Positions 56,895-64,000 of a stretch of DNA of 64,000 nucleotides are shown piece by piece. This DNA is from Octopus sinensis (Eukaryota): contig NW_021834150.1 of assembly GCF_006345805.1 (NCBI RefSeq), forward strand, positions 10,968-74,967, written 5' to 3'. The stretch's first letter is position 1, and each line of letters begins with the position of its first letter. The notes beneath the pieces were generated by a model. It saw only the letters and a list, made by a program, of their open reading frames with translations, ran no database searches and was not told where the DNA came from. The position numbers and the translations under genes are program-made.

Positions 56895-59502
56895 CTAGCT
56901 CAGCAGCTCGCTTCGCTCACCGCGACCTAGCTCCTGCGGAGGGCCTGTTTCATCAAAACACTATAAGTTTATGTAGATGATAAAACTACCTGGTTTAATG
57001 TAACCCTATTCTATCGCCTTTGATAAACGATGTTGTCGTCCGTCTTCCTTGGAATATATGAATATAATTTTCTCTTCTGCCTACCCTCGAGCATCCCACA
57101 TACAGCTGTCCATGTGAAAAGCACTCACTCTCTAAAAATAACTCAACTACCTTTAATGACTGTCCCTGGGGCTTGTTTATTGTCATTGCAAAACTCATCC
57201 TCAAAGGAAATTGCAGCCTTTTAAATCTAAATGGTAATTCATCAGAAATTATCGGAATTGTGAATATAAACATCCTCACCTCTATACTTACCTGTTAATA
57301 TCGTCGCCTCTATTACGTTAGCCATCAAATTTTGATAACTAACCTCGTTCCGTTGCATAATTTAGGTGGCGCAAGTTTCGTAGTAAAACCACTGGAACGC
57401 CTATCTTTAACTTTAAGAGATGATTCGGCATTCCGCCGGAGATTTAGCTTAGTGACCTGATAGACAAACCACTGGCGGAATGGGGCAGCCGGAGATGCGG
57501 CAGGCAGAGTAGCAGCAGCCAAAAAAGCGACACACAAAAAAGATTTAATTAATTACCTTAAGCTGACCGTTTTTTCTTCAGCTTCGTTTTTCCTCCTTCG
57601 GTTATCTATTTAAAAAATTATTTTTGAATAATAAAAAAGTTAGGAAAAAGAGGCATACCAAAAATAAATTCTATCTTTACGAAAAACTTAACTAAATAGT
57701 TAATATTTTACGCAAATTCTTCTGATTGCGCTGTCAATGGTGGTAAATTGTGTTAATGATTGTGCTAATGTGGTTTTAACTATCAAAGTGTTTTTAAAAT
57801 CTGTTAATTGCACACTCTATTCAAGGTCGTGCAATCTGTAATTGCACATTCTGTCAAAGTCAATATGATAATAGCTTTAATTTTGATTCATGGTCGATAA
57901 TGATATATGCATTTAATTTTAAAGAGAAAATCATAGGATGAATTGAATTTCTTTATCGCGACTAATTGGGAGTTCATCATTGTTAATATTCTCGCTGTCG
58001 TTTCATCAAGGATATTCTTAAATACGTGAGATTTTTGCCTCGAAGGTTTTAATAGGCCTCATCATGAATGTCGAGGACATTAACGTTGTTCATTTTAATC
58101 AAATGCAGAAAATAATTTTTTGGATTTTTTGGCGGGAAGGATTTAAGGACCTCATCATGTAAGTCGAGGACATCGTAGTTGTTCATTTTAACCAAAATGC
58201 AGAAAATTTTTTTTTAATTTTTTTGGGGGGGGGAAGGTTTTAAGGTTTTAAGGACCTCATATGTAAGTCGAGGACATCGTAGTGTTCATTGTGACAAAAT
58301 GTCCAGAAGAAACTTTTTTTTTAATTTTTTTTGGGGGGAAGGTTTTAAGGACTTCATCATGTAAGTCGAGGACATTCGTAGTTGTTCATTTTAACCAAAA
58401 TGCAGAAATTTTTTTTAATTTTTTTTGGGGGGAAGGTTTTAAGGACTTCATCATGTAAGTCGAGGACATTGTAGTTGTTCATTTTAACCAAAATGCAGAG
58501 AAAATTTTTTTTTAATTTTTTTTTGGGGGAAGGTTTTAAGACTTCATCATGTAAGTCGAGGACATTGTAGTTGTTCATTTTAACCAAAATGCAGAAAATT
58601 TTTTTTTAATTTTTTTTGGGGGGAAGGTTTTAAGGACTTCATCATGTAAGTCGAGGACATTGTAGTTGTTCATTTTAACCAAATGCAGAAAAATTTTTTT
58701 TAATTTTTTTTGGGGGGGAAGGTTTTTAAGGACTTCATCATGTAAGTCGAGGACATGTAGTTGTTCATTTTAAAACCAAATGCAGAAAATTTTTTTTAAT
58801 TTTTTTGGGGGGAAGGTTTTAAGGACTTCATCATGTAAGTCGAGGACATTGTAGTTGTTCATTTTAACCAAAATGCAGAAAAATTTTTTTTTATTTTTTT
58901 TGGGGGGAAGGTTTTAAGGACTTCATCATGTAAGTCGAGGACATTGTAGTGGTTCATTTTAACCAAAATGCAGAAAATTTTTTTTTAATTTTTTTGGGGG
59001 GGAAGGTTTTAAGGACTTCATCATGTAAGTCGAGGACATTGTAGTTGTCATTTTAACCAAAATGCAGAAATTTTTTTTTAATTTTTTTTGGGGGGAAGGT
59101 TTTAAGGACTTCATCATGTAAGTCGAGGACATTGTAGTTGTTCATTTTAACCAAAATGCAGAAAATTTTTTTTTAATTTTTTTTGGGGGGGAAGGTTTTA
59201 AGGACTTCATCATGTAAGTCGAGGACATTGTAGTTGTTCATTTTAACCAAATGCAGAAATTTTTTTTTAATTTTTTTGGGGGGGAAGGTTTTAAGGACTT
59301 CATCATGAAGTCGAGGACATTGTAGTTGTTCATTTTAACCAAAAAGCAGCAGAAATTTTTTTTTAATTTTTTGGGGGGGAAGGTTTTAAGGACCTCATCA
59401 TGTAAGTCGAGAGGACATCGTATTGCCAATTTGAAGTTGGTGTGCACACACAGACAGACAGACAGACAGACAGACACACACCATACCATTTTATTATTAA
59501 GA
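56895..59502 (-). mobile_element. Non-autonomous Helitron H5 (array about 58070-59420, about 20 units)
   Basis: 3' CTAG at 56895, 5' TC at 59502, same internal organisation as H1. Confidence 0.92.
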
Positions 59503-59629
59503 TTATTTGTTTTTTTTTTTTTTTTTGTTTTATTTTTTTGTATTCCTGAAACTAAGATTCGAAATGTTAAAATCCAATCACTTCGTGATTAGAATAGATA
59601 AAATACAATCGGGTATTTTAGTTTTTAAA

Positions 59630-60300
59630 GCATTTACAGTCAGACCGAGAGTCTAGAGCGCAAGGATTGGACATAAAAATCCCCGATGCCCGATTCAAAT
59701 AGGAAATCGTCCAAGAACGAGGAGTTGAATGCTGATTCCACTCCCCGTACAATGTCTTCAATGGTAAAAACAAGCAGATATGATCTTAGGGGATCTCCTA
59801 GCACATCAGGCTGTAAAAAAACAATTTTTTTCAATAACAAGCGAAATTGTAAAGTAATGGAAGAGATCTACTAGATGGGCAATCTTAGAGGTTCTTGGAA
59901 TCCAGGTCTGAATAATTCGATCCCTCTTGACGCTGTTAAAAGCGTTTTTGAAACCGAATCTGACACCGACCAGAGTAAAAACATGAGTTGAGTTGCAGAA
60001 TTTACAAGCTACTTGTATTTGGTCCTGCAGTTTTCCCATGTTCAGAGCGAATTCATCACATTGTCACTAGCCTTTTTATCAAAGGAAAATGTTTGCAGAG
60101 AAAAAAAATTACTGGCCAAGGGAGTGATGTCTCCTGTCCAATTTCGGCTGACCAGACTAGTAATGGCCGAAAAAAGAGAGGAGATTGAGATCCTTGACGT
60201 CTTTAAGTCGAAAGGCCCTAAATGCTCTTTCTAGAGATAATAGATAGGTTTCAATGTAAGAGCAAGCGGAGAGTAAGTCTTTCGTCAGGTTAGCGATCGG
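59630..60300 (-). mobile_element. CRE-like RT relic
   Basis: LFSAITSLV..SANIFPLIKK, FKNAFNSVKRD, GDPLRSYLL..FNSSFLDD. Confidence 0.75.
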
Positions 60301-60329
60301 ATGGCATTGAGGGGTTCCTGGTGGTTCGC

Positions 60330-60730
60330 CTTCAATAAAAAGAAGGCATCAGCTAAGGGTTTAAACAGTAACGTCTTTCATAATTGTACAGATAACTGGA
60401 CGGATTCGTGTCTGTGTTCAATGATCATACTCTCAAGCGTGCTCTTCAGCAAACCGAGTATATTTCCTAGTTCTTATTTAATGGATAACTTATTAATGAC
60501 TTTTAAATAACTTTAAACAACTCCCATCCCATGACAAGACAATTTGAATAACCTTTACTTTTGGTTAATATAGTTCGTTTACAAGCAAATCTTATTTGTG
60601 AATTTTTTGCCACTTCAACTTAGTTTAAACCATCTTATAAGGTAATGCCAACTTCAATTAAATTAAGTTCTTTTTTGAGCACCGCGAACGAGATTTACTG
60701 GAAAAACCGAAATGTAATATCCGGAACTCT
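60330..60730 (-). mobile_element. R4-like REL relic
   Basis: LNLIEVGIT, VLSWDG, KSTLESMIIEHRH. Confidence 0.7.
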
Positions 60731-60791
60731 AACTGCAAAGAATAGAACTAACAAAGATTCAAAAAAACGTTTATATAAATTTATTATTGTA

Positions 60792-63700
60792 TCTTAATAA
60801 TAAAATGGGTATGGTGTGTGTCTGTCTGTCTGTCTGTGTGTGCACACCAACTTCAAATGGGCAAAGTACAGATAAATTGTAAATCTTCCCCCTTATAATT
60901 AGCCAATAATGGGGAACAAGCTTAAAATCATGAACTCCTCAAGAATCTTCCACCCTACGATGTCCTCGACTTACATGATGAGGTCCTTAAAACCTTCCCC
61001 CAAAAAATTAAAAAAAAATTTTCTGCATTTGGGTTATTAAATGAACAACTACGATGTCCTCGACTTACATGATGAGGTCCTTAAAACCTTCCCCCCCAAA
61101 AAATTAAAAAAAAATTTTCTGCATTTTGGTTAAAATGAACAACTACGATGTCCTCGACTTCATGATGAGGTCCTTAAAACCTTCCCCCCAAAAATTAAAA
61201 AAAAATTTCTGCATTTTGGTTAAAATGAAACAACTACGATGTCCTCGACTTACATGATGAGGTCCTTAAAACCTTCCCCCCAAAAAAATTAAAAAAAATT
61301 TTTTTCTGCAGTTTGGTTAAAATGAACAACTACGATGTCCTCGACTTACATGATGAGGTCCTTAAAACATCCCCCCCAAAAAAAAATTAAAAAAAATTTT
61401 CTGCAGTTTGGTTAAAATGAACAACCCGATGTCCTCGACTTACATGATGAGGTCCTTAAAACCTTCCCCCCAAAAAAATCAAAAAAATATTTCTGCATTT
61501 GATTAAAATGAACAACGTTAATGTCCTCGACATTCATGATGAGGTCCATTAAAACCTTCGAGGCAAAAATCTCACGTATTAAGAATATCCTTGATGAAAA
61601 CGACAGCGAGAATATTAACACTGATGAACTCCTAATTATTCGCGAGAAAGAAATTCAATTCATCCTATGTTTTTCTCTTTAAAATTAAATGCATATATCA
61701 TTATCGACATGAATCAAAATTAAAGCTATTATCATATTTGACTTTGACAGAATGTGCAATTACAGATTGCACGACTTTGAATAGAGTGTGCAATTAACAG
61801 ATTTTGAAAAACCACTTTGATAGTTGAAACCACATTAGCACAATCATTAACACAATTTACCACCAATTGACGCACGACCTTGAATAGAGTGTGCAATTAA
61901 CAGATTTTGAAAAACACTTTGATAGTTGAAACCACATTAGCACAATCATTAACACAATTTACCACCAATTGACAGCGCCATCAGAAGAATTTGCATAAAA
62001 ATCTTAACTATTTAGTTAGGTTTTTCGTAAAGATAGAATTTATTTTCGGTATGCCTCTTTTCCTAAACTTTTTTATTATTCAAAAATAATTTTTTCAATA
62101 GATAACCGAAGGAGGGAAGACGACCTTAAGAAAAGAAGTTTTTCGTAAAGATAGAATTTATTTTCTGTATGCCTCTTTTTTCCTAATATTTTTTATTATT
62201 CAAAAATAATTTTTTAAATACAGCGATACAAATAAAAAACGGAACACTCATTTTCTCGATTTTTTTCTATTGAATGATTGATTTATTTTAACAAAAATAG
62301 AATTTTTAGAAGACAAACATAACTTTAGCCTTTAAAAAAAAAAACAACTTATATTTCGGACCGTAATTAAATCCAGTTTTGTCCAAACAAAATAAAAAAG
62401 AGAACAAAACAAAATAAAAAAGAGAACAAAAGAGTTTTTTAAACCATTTTTTATTTTATTACACGTGTTGATTCTTGTTACATGGTTTTACACTTACACT
62501 ACAAGAAAAAGCAGAAATTATTACGTATTATAAAGTCGGAAAGTCATATCGGGAAATAAGAAATTTGACCGGAAGATCTCTGAGTGCTATCTCGAGAGTC
62601 ATTCGAAACTTCACCATGAATGATTCCTTTCAGAGAAAAAAAGGCTCAGGACGAAGATTTAAACTTAACTCTGATGATCTCGGAATAATTCAACGTGAAC
62701 AAAAAACTGACGTTGATTTCAATTCCGTAAAATGTTCGGAAATTTTACGTTCTGAAACGGGAACTGCTGTCACATCACAGACAGTGAGGAACTATTTGAA
62801 AAGACTGAACATATCGACGTTTCAGCCTACGAAAAGGCCATATCTGTCGAAAAAACACAAAAAGACTAGACTTTCTCAGTGCATTAAGTGGAACATGTTG
62901 CCGAATGTGTTCTGGAATCGAGTTATCTTTAGTGATGAATCGAAATTCAATCTATTTAATCCCGATGGAAGAAAATTTGTCTGGAGAAAAAGGGGAAAAA
63001 GGCTTTTAAGCGAAAATGTTACTACAACAGTCAAGTTTGGAAAAGGAACGTAATGGTTTGGGGCGCATTTACATCGGAATGTTTTTCGGAACTTGTTTGG
63101 ATAAAGGGAATTATGAATGGGAACTTATATGTAAGTATCTTGGCGGACTATTTGTTGCCTTTTTTGGAGAAAACCGGAATCCGGTCTCCAATTTATCAGC
63201 AAGATAATGATCCAAAGCACACATGCAAGGTGGCTAAAGATTTTTTTAATGAACACCGAATTGAGTTATTACAATGGCCTCCTCAAAGTCCTGATTTGAA
63301 TCCAATCGAGCACGTGTGGGCCTTCATGAAACATAAAATAAAAGGGACTGAATTAAAAAAAAAAGAGTGACCTATTTGAGGAATTAAAAAATATTTGGAA
63401 TGATCTTTCAATAGAATATGCGACATCCCTTGTTGGAACAATGCGGAACAGAATTTTAGACGCAATTAATGCTCAGGGGGGTCATACTAAATTTTGAACT
63501 ACCATTGTTCTCTTTTTTATTTTGTTTGAAAAAAATTTGGTTTAAATACATATTAAAATCTTTGAAGTTTGGATTTTTATAAAAGGCAAAAGTTAAGATT
63601 ATAGCTTGAAATTCGATTTTTTATTAAAATAAATCAATCATTCAATAGAAAAAAATCGAGAAAATGAGTGTTCCGTTTTTTATTTGTATCGCTGTAGATA

Positions 63701-64000
63701 ACCGAAGGAGGAAAAACGAAGCTGAAGAAAAAACGGTCAGCTTAAGGTAATTAATTAAATCTTTTTTGTGTGTCGCTTTTTTGCTGCTGCTATCTGCCTG
63801 CCCCATCTCCGCCTGTCCCATTTCTGCCTGCCCCATTTCCGCCAGTGGTTTGTCTAATCAAGGTCACTAAGCTAAATCTCCGGACTATAAGGCTTTTAAG
63901 CATTATCTTAATTGGCTGTTAAAAAAATTAGACAGGTTGTTGCCGTGGCAACAGAGATTTTTTTTGTTTATACTATTTTACAAATTTTTAAAGTTTTTTT
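60792..64000 (+). mobile_element. Non-autonomous Helitron H6 (array about 60955-61545), interrupted by Tc1 and running off the window
   Basis: A|TCTTAATAAT start, (GTCT)n, array. The sequence resumes GATAACCGAAGGAGG after the Tc1. Confidence 0.9.
62221..63694 (+). mobile_element. Tc1 DD34E transposon, near intact
   Basis: About 70-bp TIR CAGCGATACAAATAAAAAACGGAACACTCATTTTCTCGA with a TA TSD. Transposase at about 62475-63495 with GSGRR, FSDESKFN, QQDNDPKH and WPPQSPDLNPIE, and 2-3 single-base shifts. Confidence 0.92.

Noticed and set aside
1-64000. rRNA, tRNA, telomeric repeats, complete LTR retrotransposons
   Set aside because: No recognisable signatures were seen by eye. tRNAscan-SE and Infernal would be needed to exclude small RNAs.

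Overview
AT-rich eukaryotic genomic DNA in the standard genetic code, mostly a pile of nested transposable elements. Two host genes can be rebuilt by hand, and both are broken by tiny GT-AG introns of 22-32 nt: a KLHDC4 orthologue (2185-3642, +, 7 introns) and a divergent type II TGF-beta/BMP-family receptor kinase (6939-8257, -, 2-3 introns). A third orphan spliced ORF is possible at 3683-4150 (-). An animal-type receptor together with ~25-nt introns best fits a dicyemid-like reduced metazoan parasite (inference only). The TEs include R4/Dong-like and CRE-like REL retrotransposons, RTE-, Jockey- and CR1-like APE retrotransposons, at least eight hAT elements or relics (one intact), Tc1, an intact IS630-like DD34E element, pogo, Ginger2 and six copies of a non-autonomous Helitron carrying an internal ~65-bp satellite. 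The most notable observations are: host-sized mini-introns inside three unrelated transposase families (one GC-AG, one itself hit by a hAT insertion); the Helitron-borne two-variant satellite; a Helitron nested in a Helitron; a 2A-like peptide (DVEKNPGP) ahead of an APE domain; a 5'-inverted, twin-priming-like RTE insertion; and CTAG targeting with modular foldback-like ends in the IS630-like element. No rRNA, tRNA or CRISPR array was found. Many single-base frameshifts lie in homopolymers and may be long-read consensus errors. Boundaries of decayed relics are approximate. All family assignments come from motif recognition by eye, not from database searches.
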